64,000 nucleotides of DNA from Thermoplasmata archaeon. GTDB lineage: Archaea; Thermoplasmatota; Thermoplasmata; Lutacidiplasmatales; UBA184. Numbering within the stretch: position 1 is the stretch's first letter; each line of letters begins with the position of its first letter. Position numbers and translations under genes: made by a program. Positions 9,801 through 19,100 of this stretch are shown here, piece after piece. The DNA is taken from NCBI GenBank assembly GCA_035504595.1, contig DATJRQ010000018.1:5204-69203 (forward strand). The letters are read 5' to 3'. Below the pieces are notes generated by a model, which worked only from the letters and a program-made list of their open reading frames with translations, was not told where the DNA came from and did no database searches.

Positions 9801-10294
9801 AGCGGGTCGTACGCGATCGAGCTGGCGTTCGCGAGCTGGGGGTCCATTTGGGTCGAGTTGCTCGCGGGCGAGTAGATCAGCGCCGGGGCGTTCGGCGGCG
9901 CGGGAATGTGAGCTGTCGTGATCGGGAATTCCGGAATCCAGAGCTGGTCGGTCACGGGGTCGACGGTTGCGTACCCGCTCGCGTCCCAAAGCCAAACCAT
10001 GCTCGGAAAGTTGCCGGGCGTTGACCCGTCGTAGTTCACAAAGGCCGTCTGAACGACCGAGCCAGCCGAACTCGGTGAGAAAGTGAGCGGGCGGTCGGGT
10101 TGCATGGGCCGCAACGACGCGGAGACCGGAGCAGACGACGCCGCTGAGACGAGCGTGTCGGACTTTTCCGGCGCAGTTCGAGCCGAAGTGAGCGAAGCCG
10201 CCGCCACTGCGGCCACCGAGAGGGCCGCCACGGCGACCGTCAAGAGAAGGAGGAGGACTCGGGTCGGCCGATTTGAATGCGTCGCCAGCGTCAC
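6878..10294 (-). CDS. Cell-surface protein: signal peptide, YVTN-type beta-propellers, three PKD domains, C-terminal TM anchor
   Basis: Hydrophobic N-terminus; repeated AYDPxxGxxYV blades; WxFGDG and HxY/F PKD motifs; C-terminal TM with basic tail; many N-x-S/T sequons. Confidence 0.88.
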   Translation of the reverse strand: MTLATHSNRPTRVLLLLLTVAVAALSVAAVAAASLTSARTAPEKSDTLVSAASSAPVSASLRPMQPDRPLTFSPSSAGSVVQTAFVNYDGSTPGNFPSMVWLWDASGYATVDPVTDQLWIPEFPITTAHIPAPPNAPALIYSPASNSTQMDPQLANASSIAYDPLNGYLYATLPLTNQVVAYSLITGTTVGSPIPVGGDPHDILYDPVSQDLVVANTASGNLSIIDGATGQLLQSVPHVGISPIALVDAPTIGEVFVANSGVYAGAYNVTPVNVTKNFVVESPPIRLFSSPSALAYSTSTNLLAIATPSSTLLNLYDASTEVVEGTSSVGLNVSSVISSLNGSEFVSVNGTALHLSLVQARAGLVTPIALNVTLPPDRLTLDPTNGLVYVWSNTNRTITVANISTRSVVQLSPNLGAEAATLAYDPGSGYVFVADWASHAVSVLNATTFQTVRAPLTVPGTPNSLADDPATGTIYIGFTGGVLAVDAQTGGIISENTGPDLAGNNTQLIVDPQSGLLWDLNKITGLYALDMPSLTLQLQTRIAAGTVNLQGVALDNESDTLFVVNRSDPAAPTLVAVNGANGSIIGAPISTIPGLLSVAYDSADHKIYALGEAVWIVNPGNRSIVAGPIPIAPHVVAWSIVYDPSREFLYVASNGSSGPPWPGNITVIDGSSVAASQVSYTTFPAGQLPIDSTPVNFPGSNSQGSSEIWVTNFISGTISIIASPPRITFLAATPNPVDVGASTSVLLGFVGGAGPSTISYSGLPTGCVSQDATTINCKVVSAATYTISATIEDLLGYTTQSSTVLSVNPALAVQVELNGGGSAAIDLGATLNATASVTGGTGPFNYSWAFGDGATAWGANTSHVYAAPGMYLLTVITKDAGGGVSSATSQVTVEPLPTVAVAASPSNVTDVGIPVSFATLASGGVSPGTSYWTFGDGATANGTTVHHTYSTAGTYFATVHYTDAAGEPVSNYTTVTVNAALAATFQVATGPTSPALPTGTSVTAGTALDFTTSISGGTAPYTIVWGFGDGSYGYGVESSHAFANAGTYNVTLFIEDKVGAEWNATYHLTVTSSSNASTFGTSFDEALVLGILVGAAVAAVLLFAAGRSRSKPPSSPPTPYTPPVKETPPATEEPWQES

Positions 10295-10364
10295 CGAAAG
10301 TTCATGGAAATCCGGCCCTCATAAAACCCGCAATCCAGAGGACGCGGGCGGTCGGCGCCGGAGA

Positions 10365-11339
10365 CTACACCGTGCGGATGACCCGGCCCGCGTGGGCGTC
10401 GATTAGGATCGTGGTCTTCTGGCCCTTGTGGTCGAGCTGGAAGGAGAAGATCGGAACGTGCAGGAGCTCGCCGTCCGAGACGTCGGCCTGCGTCTTCAGC
10501 TGGGAGACCATGCTGTGCTTCTTGTGCGCCGCCTCGCTCTGCAGCTGCTGGACGAACGCCTGGGCGGCGTGCTTGGCGGCCTCCTCGCCGAGGTCGCCGT
10601 TCAGGACCTGGGTGCCGTCCGGGATCTGCTTCTTGTCGAAGAACGTCCGGTCGGTCAGGGAGAACTGGTAATCCTTCGGCTGGTACGCGGCCATCGACTT
10701 CACGGCCACGACGGGGTACTCGTACTGCCCCGAGATCGTCTCCGATCGGTTCGGGTTCACGACCGGGCCGCCCATGATCGGGATCACGGTGTAGCCCCCG
10801 CGTCGACCGCCCAGGGCGCTGCCGAGGAGCGCCCCGGCGGCGATCGTGCCCGCGGTCGCCCCGACCGTCGTGGCGACCGCCTGATACTGGTAGGTGGTGG
10901 AGGCCGATACCGGCATCACCCAGAACGGCACGTAGGACAGTCGCGTCTCGCCGACCTTCGACTCCTCGAAGTCCTTCCGATGGAAGAAGCCCTGGTCCAT
11001 GTACCCCTGGACGACCTTCAGCGCGTCCGCCGGGTTCACGACCTTCAGCGGGAGCATCGTGTGCTTGTTGATCTCCTTCCAGCCGTCGCCGCCCAGCGTG
11101 ACCGAGCTGCCGCAGTAGTCGCACGAGATGACCATCTCCCCGAACGCGGGCTTGATCGGCGCCCCGCAGGTCGGGCACTTCAACGCCTGGACACCGGCCG
11201 CCCCGAGGACGTTCCCCGAACTTGCGGGCTTGGACGACGCCGCGGGGGCCGCCCCGCCGCCGCCCGCCACCGCCGTTCCGCACTTGAAGCAGAACTGCGC
11301 GTTGTCGGGGAGCGATTGACCGCACTTGACGCAGAACAT
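10365..11339 (-). CDS. Zinc-ribbon protein, YdjG-like
   Basis: CVKCG/CFKCG and CPTCG/CDYCG knuckles, YVPFW and LLHVPIF motifs, Gly-zipper-like segment. Confidence 0.7.
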   Translation of the reverse strand: MFCVKCGQSLPDNAQFCFKCGTAVAGGGGAAPAASSKPASSGNVLGAAGVQALKCPTCGAPIKPAFGEMVISCDYCGSSVTLGGDGWKEINKHTMLPLKVVNPADALKVVQGYMDQGFFHRKDFEESKVGETRLSYVPFWVMPVSASTTYQYQAVATTVGATAGTIAAGALLGSALGGRRGGYTVIPIMGGPVVNPNRSETISGQYEYPVVAVKSMAAYQPKDYQFSLTDRTFFDKKQIPDGTQVLNGDLGEEAAKHAAQAFVQQLQSEAAHKKHSMVSQLKTQADVSDGELLHVPIFSFQLDHKGQKTTILIDAHAGRVIRTV

Positions 11340-11376
11340 CGTACCTTCCTCTCGGAGCCGCGGTCCCGCCGAGCCA

Positions 11377-12531
11377 CTACCCCAACGGTGCCCCGCACTC
11401 GGGGCAGAACTTTCCGGTCGTGACCACCGACTTGCCGCACTTCGGACACGTGCGAGCGGCCGGCGGCGCCATCGAGGCGCCGCAGTTGGGGCAGAATTTC
11501 TGGCCCTGTGCGACGGGTTGACCGCACTTCGGGCACGGCGTGGTCGCGGCTGCGGGCGGCGCCATCGACGCCCCGCAGTTCGGACAGAACTTGTTGCCGG
11601 GAGGAACCTGGGCGTTGCACTTCGGGCAGACGAGCATCGGGCCCTGCTGCTGGTAGGCGCCCTGCATCTGGCCGGACATTCCGTACCCCATGCCGAGCCC
11701 CGCGCCCAGGCCGACGCCCGCGCCCGCCATCGCGCCCGCCCCGCCGGAGGGGTTGGAGGCAGCGGCGGTGATCGCTTGACCGGCCTGGTACTGCATGTAG
11801 TTCACGCCCAGGACCCCCATCTTGGACCGGGTGTCAATCGCCTGCTGGACGTCGTCGGGGACGCTGACCGAGAGTCCCTGCAGCTGCTTCACCTCGACGC
11901 CGAGCGGGCCGAAATGCTCGGGGACCGCCCCAAGCACCGCCTGTTCGATCGTCGTCAGCTGGGTCGCAAGGTCGGTGACCCGCATCCCCTGGTCCTTGAG
12001 CTTTCCGAGGGTGTTGTAGACGAGCAGGACCATCTGGTCGCGGAGGCGCGCCTCGACATCGGGCGTGGTGACGGCGCCGAACGTCCCGACGAACTGATTG
12101 ATGAAGTTGTCCGGGCTCCCGACGTTCCACCGGTAGGATCCGAAGACGCGGAGCTGGACGAGCCCGAAGTCCGGGTCCCGGAAGACGTACGGCTCGGTGC
12201 TCCCGAACTTTCCGTCGAAGATGCGGCGCTGGAGGTAGTACACCTCCGCCTCCTGCCGAACGCCCGAAAGCGCCTGGACGAGGTTCCCGAGAAGCCGGGC
12301 GTTGAGCGTGGTGAGCGAATACCGGTTCGGCTGGTCGAGATAGGCGAGCACCTTCCCGTCCCGATAGAAGACGGCGGTCTCGTCCTGCCGGACGACGACG
12401 TTGTCGCCCCACTTGATGTTGCGCGGCACGCGCCACATCACGTTCGGTCCCTTGTACGCGTCCTCCCAGTTGATCGTCGTGGCACCGATGAGGCTGCCAC
12501 CGGACGCCGGGATCGGATTGTTCGTAACCAT
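11377..12531 (-). CDS. SPFH/band-7 domain protein with C-terminal zinc ribbons (YdjI-like)
   Basis: VVRQDETAVFYRDGK, FRDPDFG.V.LRVFGSY, Gly-rich linker, six CPxCG/N knuckles. Confidence 0.88.
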   Translation of the reverse strand: MVTNNPIPASGGSLIGATTINWEDAYKGPNVMWRVPRNIKWGDNVVVRQDETAVFYRDGKVLAYLDQPNRYSLTTLNARLLGNLVQALSGVRQEAEVYYLQRRIFDGKFGSTEPYVFRDPDFGLVQLRVFGSYRWNVGSPDNFINQFVGTFGAVTTPDVEARLRDQMVLLVYNTLGKLKDQGMRVTDLATQLTTIEQAVLGAVPEHFGPLGVEVKQLQGLSVSVPDDVQQAIDTRSKMGVLGVNYMQYQAGQAITAAASNPSGGAGAMAGAGVGLGAGLGMGYGMSGQMQGAYQQQGPMLVCPKCNAQVPPGNKFCPNCGASMAPPAAATTPCPKCGQPVAQGQKFCPNCGASMAPPAARTCPKCGKSVVTTGKFCPECGAPLG

Positions 12532-12551
12532 CGGTGTTGCTCCTTGCTCCC

Positions 12552-13298
12552 CTACCCTACGCGAATTCCTTCGATCGCCTGGACGCGCGCCTTGAACGCC
12601 TGGTCGAGCTGGTTGACCTGGCCCCGGGCCGTCGCGATGACGGCACCCGACTGGGCGGCGTTCGGGCCGGACGCGATGGACGGCAGGCTCGCGACGGTCT
12701 GCGCCAGCTGGTTCCCCGCCTGCGCGAACCCGAAGTCGTACTCGTAGAGCCGGTCGAGCTGCTCGGGCCGGATGCGGACGTTCGCGGAGATTCCCGTGTA
12801 TCCCTGCTCGGCGTTCCGGATCTCGCCCTCGAGCCGCCAGAGGTCGGCGATCAGGGGCGCGAGGTCGGTGAGCGCGGTGAACTGGTTCGCCTGGACGAGC
12901 ATCTGGCGCGTGTTCTCGACCGTCGCTCGGGCGTTCTTCATCTTGTCCGCGACCTGAACGCGGAGCAGCTCGTCGGCGGCGCGGATATCCTCGCCCTCAC
13001 GGTACGAGCGATACCCGGGCACGAGGAGCTGGAGGCGCTTGAGGATCCCGCGGTCGTCGTCGACGCGCTGGCGAAGGTCGACCGGGGGGGCGGTGCCCGC
13101 GGTCGGCGCGGCCCCGGAACCGGAGGCGGCGGGCGGCGGGGGCGGAGGCGGGGGAGGGGGAGGAGGAGGCGGCGGCGCGCTCACGGGGGCCGGCACGGAC
13201 AGCGGACCTCCGCACTGGTTGCAGAAGCGGGTCCCCGCGGGCGAGGAGGCGCCGCACTTCGGGCAGGCGACCATCGCGGACGCGGGCGGGGCGGCCAT
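12552..13298 (-). CDS. Zinc-ribbon plus alpha-helical hypothetical protein of the SPFH operon
   Basis: CPKCG/CNQCG, poly-Pro linker, helical domain with PGYRSY...RAADELLR...LDRLYEYD. Confidence 0.7.
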   Translation of the reverse strand: MAAPPASAMVACPKCGASSPAGTRFCNQCGGPLSVPAPVSAPPPPPPPPPPPPPPPAASGSGAAPTAGTAPPVDLRQRVDDDRGILKRLQLLVPGYRSYREGEDIRAADELLRVQVADKMKNARATVENTRQMLVQANQFTALTDLAPLIADLWRLEGEIRNAEQGYTGISANVRIRPEQLDRLYEYDFGFAQAGNQLAQTVASLPSIASGPNAAQSGAVIATARGQVNQLDQAFKARVQAIEGIRVG

Positions 13299-13847
13299 TT
13301 ACGGACTCCGAGGCGGAGGAGGAGAGTTCGCCGGGGGCGGCGCCGTTTGCGGGACGCTCGGGGAGTTCGCCGCGGCATACGAGAATGCCGACGGAGCCGG
13401 CCGCTCGCGCCACTGGTCCCGGACCGCCTCGCGGGACTGTGTGGCCTGAACGGCGCGCAGGCGCCACCCGACGAGCGCGATCGAGATCCCGAGCGCGATG
13501 GCGGTGAGCAGCAGGCCGATGAGCTGCCACGTGCCGAGCGAGACGCCGTAGGAGGGAGCGAGGCCGATCGTGAGGAACAGGACGGCGAATCCCATGCCGA
13601 AGAAACCCCACGCGAGCGACCGTTGCGCGGCGGGGTCGCGGGACAGCGACTCCGCGAGGTAGCAGACGACGGCGAAGATCAGGGCGAGGATCCCGATCCA
13701 GAGCAGGCCGTAAAAGTGCTGGCTCGACGGGAGCGCGAGGTAGACGAGGTAGAACAGGATCGCGGCGACGACGAGGAAGATCGCCGTCAGCACCGCGGCG
13801 TTCGTCTTGCTGCGCGCGGGAGCGGTGGGAGCACTCGGAGTCGACAT
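13299..13847 (-). CDS. Four-TM membrane protein, first gene of the SPFH operon
   Basis: Four hydrophobic helices; stop abuts the next ATG; CTTATA element about 30 nt upstream. Confidence 0.7.
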   Translation of the reverse strand: MSTPSAPTAPARSKTNAAVLTAIFLVVAAILFYLVYLALPSSQHFYGLLWIGILALIFAVVCYLAESLSRDPAAQRSLAWGFFGMGFAVLFLTIGLAPSYGVSLGTWQLIGLLLTAIALGISIALVGWRLRAVQATQSREAVRDQWRERPAPSAFSYAAANSPSVPQTAPPPANSPPPPRSP

Positions 13848-13914
13848 CGGGAACGTTCGAGAGAAAAGGTTCGGGCCAGTATAAGAGCGTAAGCCGGCCG
13901 CCCGACGGTCCGAT

Positions 13915-14859
13915 TCACCGGATCATTCCCAGCAGTTGGAGCATCGGCCCGACGCTCGCCGAGTTCCACCATAGGACGACCTGGCCCACCCCGTGCGCGA
14001 GGGCGATCTCGTAGTCGGTGTAGGCGGTGGACACGGAGATGTCGTTCGGGTCGCCGGACGCGAGCGTGAGCTGGACCGATATCGCGGAGGGCGGGATCCC
14101 GTAACCCGCGTACTCGGTGACCAAGCTCTCGATCGCGCTCGTCCACGTCGTCGTGGAGGCGTGGGCCGCGCCCTGGAGCTGGATCTGCAGCGCGTCGAGC
14201 CCGGTGGTCGCGAGGAGCGCACCGTAGTTCCAGTTGTACGAGCGGTCCGCCCCGACCCACAGCGGTTGCGAGGTCGGGTATCCGTACGCGGCGAACCCCG
14301 CGGCGTGACAGCTGTGGGCGAACGACGCGAAGTTCGACAGCGTGGTCGAGAAGTTGAGGGTGAACTCCGGTTCGAAGCCGGGCTCGTAGTCGTAGATCAC
14401 GCCCTCGAACGAGGACGAGAGCCCTCCGGTCACGAGGTCGTGGACGTTGCTCAGGCCGGCCGTCCGAGCCTCGAAGTGGATGCCGGACGGGAGCGAGGGG
14501 GCGAGGTCCGCGAGCCGGCTGTTGAGGTAGGATACGTTCGGCGTCGAGTTGTTGAGCCCGCTGCTGAGCATGATCGTGTCGTTCGAGATCAAGTACGGCG
14601 CGAAGCGCTCGGAGATCGCCGAGATCGAAGAGGCGTTGATGCTCTGCGGCGCGATGACGAGGGGCGTGGCGTTCGACGGGGGGGCGCCGGCGGGCGCGCC
14701 CGACCCCGCGCACGGCGGGAAGGTGTCGAGGGGTTGGCCGCAGGCGGCGTTCCCGCCGAGGTCCACGACCGCCACGGCCGCGCCGAGGAGCAGCAGAACG
14801 ACCGCGATCGTCCGGAACGGGAACCGCTCCCGCTCGCTCGACCGTCCGGGGGGGGTCAT
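13915..14859 (-). CDS. Secreted/anchored glycoside-hydrolase-like (TIM-barrel) protein, paralogue A
   Basis: N-terminal TM; VIYDYEPGFEPEF motif; colinear with the next gene; ATG at 14859. Confidence 0.6.
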   Translation of the reverse strand: MTPPGRSSERERFPFRTIAVVLLLLGAAVAVVDLGGNAACGQPLDTFPPCAGSGAPAGAPPSNATPLVIAPQSINASSISAISERFAPYLISNDTIMLSSGLNNSTPNVSYLNSRLADLAPSLPSGIHFEARTAGLSNVHDLVTGGLSSSFEGVIYDYEPGFEPEFTLNFSTTLSNFASFAHSCHAAGFAAYGYPTSQPLWVGADRSYNWNYGALLATTGLDALQIQLQGAAHASTTTWTSAIESLVTEYAGYGIPPSAISVQLTLASGDPNDISVSTAYTDYEIALAHGVGQVVLWWNSASVGPMLQLLGMIR

Positions 14860-14930
14860 GGGAGACCCCGGGGCCAGCGGCCTCGCAGCGCTTGAGCCTT
14901 CGCGTGGCGGTCCGGGGGACGTGGTCCGCT

Positions 14931-16064
14931 CTACCCTCGGACCAGATCGAGGAGGTCGAGCAGCGACGGGAGGCTCGACAGGTTCCAGAACAGGACGACC
15001 TGACCCGCGCCGCGAGCGACGGCGTTCTCGTACGCCAGGTACGCGGTGGAAACGTTCACCTGGTTCGGGACCCCGTTCGCAAGGCTCACCTGGACGCTGA
15101 TATCCGAGGCGGGAAGGCCGAATCCCCCGTACTGGGTGCTGAGCGTAGAGATCGAGCGGTTCCAGATGTTCATCCCCGTGTGGAGAGCGCCCTGGTCCTG
15201 GATCTGGAGCTGGTCGATGCCCGAGGTGGCGAGCAGGGAGCCGTAGTTCCAGCCGTCCTGGGAGTAGTGCGCGCCCCACAGCGGCAGCGAGTAGGGGTAG
15301 CCCACCGCCCCGAAGCCGGCGAGATGGCACATCTGGGCGAACTGGATGAAGTTCGACATCGTGGTCGTGAAATTCACGGAGAATTCCGGCTCAAAGCCCG
15401 GTTCATAATCGTACACCACCGAGCGGAACGAGGGGGACAGACTCCCGACGAGCGTCTGCACGTTCGCCAGCCCGCCCGTCCGCGCCTCGTAGACGATCCC
15501 TTTCGGGAGCTGGGGCTGCAGCAGGAGCAGCTGAGAGTTGAGGTACCACGGGTTCGCGGAGCTGCCGTTCGCGTTCGCGCCGCTGCTGAGCATGATCGTG
15601 TCGCCGGACCGCAGGTACGGTCGTACGGACGTGGCGAGGGCGGCGAGCGTCGAGTCGTTGATGTCCTCGGGAACGAGCACGAGCGGGACCACCGTGGAGG
15701 GGGTCCGGGGCGGCGGCAGGGGGGCGGGCGACGGGCCGAGGGGCGGCGTCGAGTTGGAGGCGGCCTCCGGCGCGAGGGCGCTCGACGGCCCGGGCGCCCA
15801 CGGTGCCGGGGAGCGAGCGGGCGGCGAGGAGTGCGGCAGCGAGCTCCCCGGACCGGTCGCCGTCGCCCCCGGGTGCGCCGTCGAGCAGAACCCGACCCCC
15901 CCGGAGGCGGTGCCGCACAGGACGTTCGACCCGGCGAACACCGTGAGCGAGGTCGTCGCGATCAGGACCAGCACGACCGCGACCACGCCGTTCCGGTGGC
16001 GGCGGGCCCGTTCGGTGCGGCGTCGCCCCTCTGGGCTCGGCGGGTGCTTCGGTCGCGGCTCCAT
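14931..16064 (-). CDS. Secreted/anchored glycoside-hydrolase-like protein, paralogue B
   Basis: N-terminal TM, Pro/Ser linker, VVYDYEPGFEPEF; shares DTIMLSSG, EART.GL.NV, WNYG.LLAT, GQVVL.WN with paralogue A. Confidence 0.6.
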   Translation of the reverse strand: MEPRPKHPPSPEGRRRTERARRHRNGVVAVVLVLIATTSLTVFAGSNVLCGTASGGVGFCSTAHPGATATGPGSSLPHSSPPARSPAPWAPGPSSALAPEAASNSTPPLGPSPAPLPPPRTPSTVVPLVLVPEDINDSTLAALATSVRPYLRSGDTIMLSSGANANGSSANPWYLNSQLLLLQPQLPKGIVYEARTGGLANVQTLVGSLSPSFRSVVYDYEPGFEPEFSVNFTTTMSNFIQFAQMCHLAGFGAVGYPYSLPLWGAHYSQDGWNYGSLLATSGIDQLQIQDQGALHTGMNIWNRSISTLSTQYGGFGLPASDISVQVSLANGVPNQVNVSTAYLAYENAVARGAGQVVLFWNLSSLPSLLDLLDLVRG

Positions 16065-16127
16065 CGGGACACCTTGCAGGACCCCGGAGGGGGTCCGTGT
16101 CGCCGCTCGGTCCGCTCGGGGCGCCGT

Positions 16128-19100
16128 TCAGAGCCGCGGTTCGTCGTCTCCCTTGTCCCGCCGCGGCTTCACAACCGGGGCGGGGGGGGGCGCGGGAGGC
16201 TCCGGAACCGTGGTCCCCGACGGCGATCCGTCCGCGCTGGGCGCGGGAGCGGATTTCGCGGTCGCTGAGCCGGAGTTATCCTTCATGGGGGTTGATGAAC
16301 CTGTCGCTGGCCCACTGGGCGACGGTTTCGGCTTGGGGGAGCCGGAAACTCCCCCCGGATGGTCCTTCCGGAGCGGCGATCCGCCGCCGGTCCTCGAGGA
16401 GGGACCCTTGGACCTCTGGAACACCCCCCGAAGGCCGCTCGACGGGGCGGAGGCGGCCCGCCCGCTGGCGGAATGCAGGGTGACTCCGGCCGCGGCCCGG
16501 GTGTTATCCGTCGTCACCGGCTGGTTGCATTTCGGACACTTCGGGAAGGTGCCGATGCAGTGCTGGCAGAGGGGGGCCCCGCACGAGTGCAGGACCGACG
16601 CGATCCCCCCGCACCCGACGCACCGCGGGGACGCGGCAGATTGGCTCGCGGCGGTCGTGACCGACGGGGAGAACGCTGGCGGGCCCGCGGGCGACGCCCC
16701 CGGGGACGGGCTCGGCTGGTTCTCCGGCGCGAAGTAGGTGTCCCCCGAGACGGGCAGTGCGGGGGCGCCCGCGTCGGCCTCCTTCGCGCGGAACTCGGGG
16801 CCGTACGCGCCGAGGTCGAGCGTGGGAAGCGGCGCGTGGACCGCGGACCCGGCTTCCTCCACGACCTTGATCAGGCGTGCCTTGTAGATCCCGACCCGCA
16901 GGCTGCGGACCAGCTGGAAGAGCGTCCGTTGCTCCGGCGGCAGGACGAGCGCCTTCCGGGCGAGCTCTTCGACATCGGGCGTCAGCTTGAGATTCTCCGG
17001 CCGCAGGTCGGCCTCGAGGACCGCCTTGAGGTAGCCGAACAGGCGCTGGACCTGATCGAGGGAGTAGCCGGGCGGCGACATCACGGCCACATCGGCCATC
17101 GTGAACCCCCGCCGCTCGATGCCGGGCGGCCGACGTTCGAGGGCCTGGGTCACGAGGTGGTACGACGCGTTCTCGAGGTCGTGGATCTCGGCGACCTCGA
17201 TGCGGTCGAGCTTCAGGTCGGGCGGTCGACCGATCGCCGCGAGCACCGGTTCGAGGTACTCGTAGGGGACGTGCAGCGTCACGAAGAGGTCGTTCTTCGC
17301 GACGGTCCGGTTCAGCTTCGCCTCGAGCAGGAGCGCCTCGCGGCCGTAGCGCGAGATCTCGGCGTCCCGCGTCTTCTGCGCGGCGAGCTTCTTCCCGTCC
17401 TTCGCGGGGCCGAAGTCGGAATCCAGGGCCAGCGCGCGTTCGAAGCTCGTCTGGGCGTCGGTCGGCCGGCCGGTCGCGAGGAGCGCGACCCCCCGGCTGG
17501 TCCACGCCTGCTTGTTGCCGGGGTCGGCCTCGGTCGCGCGCTCGTAGAACGAGAGCGCCTCGTTCGGATGGTTCAACCGCTCGGCGACGAACCCGGCGCG
17601 AAGGAGAACGTCCGTGGCGGCCGGTGCGAGACTCAGTGCATGGGCGAACGCGTTCGCCGCATCCGGCCACGCCTGCCGGGCGACGCCGAGCTCGCCCCAC
17701 CGCACCCACAAGGCGGTGCTCTTGGGGAGCACCTCCACGCCCTTTTTCAGCGCGTCCGATGCCGGGTCGAGATGGCCGAGACCGCTCTCCGCCTCGGCGA
17801 GGAGCAGGTAGAGGGACTCCTGGGGAGGAACCTGCGGGATCGACTGACGGAGGAGCTCGAGGGCGTCCGCGTGACGCCCTTCGTCGAGGAGCGATCGGGC
17901 GGTGCCGGCGATCGCGAGCGGGGAGCGGGGCTCCCGCTGGCGGACCTCGTCGTACACCGCGCGCGCCTCGGCCGGTCGCTCCAGCGCCGTCAGCACTTCG
18001 GCGCGGAGCAGCAGCGCCGCCACGTTCGCCGGGGCGCCCGCGGGGGCCGCTTTCAGCCCTTCGTCCAGCACCTCGAGCGCGAGGTCCGGGCGACCCGAGC
18101 TCAGCCGAAGCCGGGCGCGACGGATGGCGATCTCGACGCGGTACACCGGGTCGATCTCGGCCGCGCGTTCGTAGGATCGGTTCGCTTCCTCGGCGAGCCC
18201 CAGGCTCGCGGCGAGGTCCCCGCGTTCCAGGTGGAGCGTCGCGTCCTGCGCGCTCGGGCCGTGGGTCGCGAGGAGCTTGGTGAGGCTCTCGAGCGCCTCC
18301 TTGTTCTCGCCCGCGTCGCGATGCAGATGGTACTTCTCGAGGAGGGCCGGACCGTTGTCCGGCTCCAGGAGGAGGATCGCGGTGAGCGAATACAGGAGCT
18401 CGGAGGGGCGCCCGAGGGCCCGCCACGCGTCGCCCCGCGCCTTCCACGCGGCGATCTCGTTCGGGTCTTCCTTGAGGAGCTGGTCGGCGAGCGTGACGAC
18501 CTCGGCGTACTTCCCGGCCAGCAGGAGGGTCTCGGCGAGCGCGAGTCGACCGTGGCGGCTCTTCGGGTCGACCTCGAGCCCGCGGCGATAGTACGCGATC
18601 GCGTCGGCGTACGCGCCCTGGGCGCGGAGCGCCTCGGCGACCTCGAAGAACGCGTGCGCGTCGCCCGTGACCCCCTGGACGGCCGACTGCAGCACCTTCA
18701 GCGCTTCGGGCCGACGACCGCTCGCGAGCAGGATCTGTCCCTTCTTGCGGAGGAACATGGGATTGTTCGGTTCGCGCGCAAGGAGCATGTCGAGCAGCTG
18801 GAGGGCGCGCGCCTCCTGGTTCGAATGCGCCAGGACCTCCACGGCTCCCCAGAACAGGTCCGGGTCCTCGAGCCCACCGGCGATCGCCCGGGTGTACGCG
18901 TCCGTCGCTTCGGAGTACCGCCCGGCCTCGCGCAAGGCGTGGCCGAGTTCCTTCAGGACATCGTTGCGCATCTGGTTCCCCTCGCGGTCGAGGAACGCGT
19001 GGTACGCCCAGATCGCCCGATCATGATCCCCGACGAGACGCGACGCCCGCGCGATCCCGAGTTCGCTCACCGGCGCCGCGTCGGCGTCGGTCGATGCGCG

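Noticed and set aside
13120..13180. G-rich tandem triplets resembling a repeat element or G-quadruplex
   Set aside because: Explained by a poly-Pro linker encoded on the minus strand
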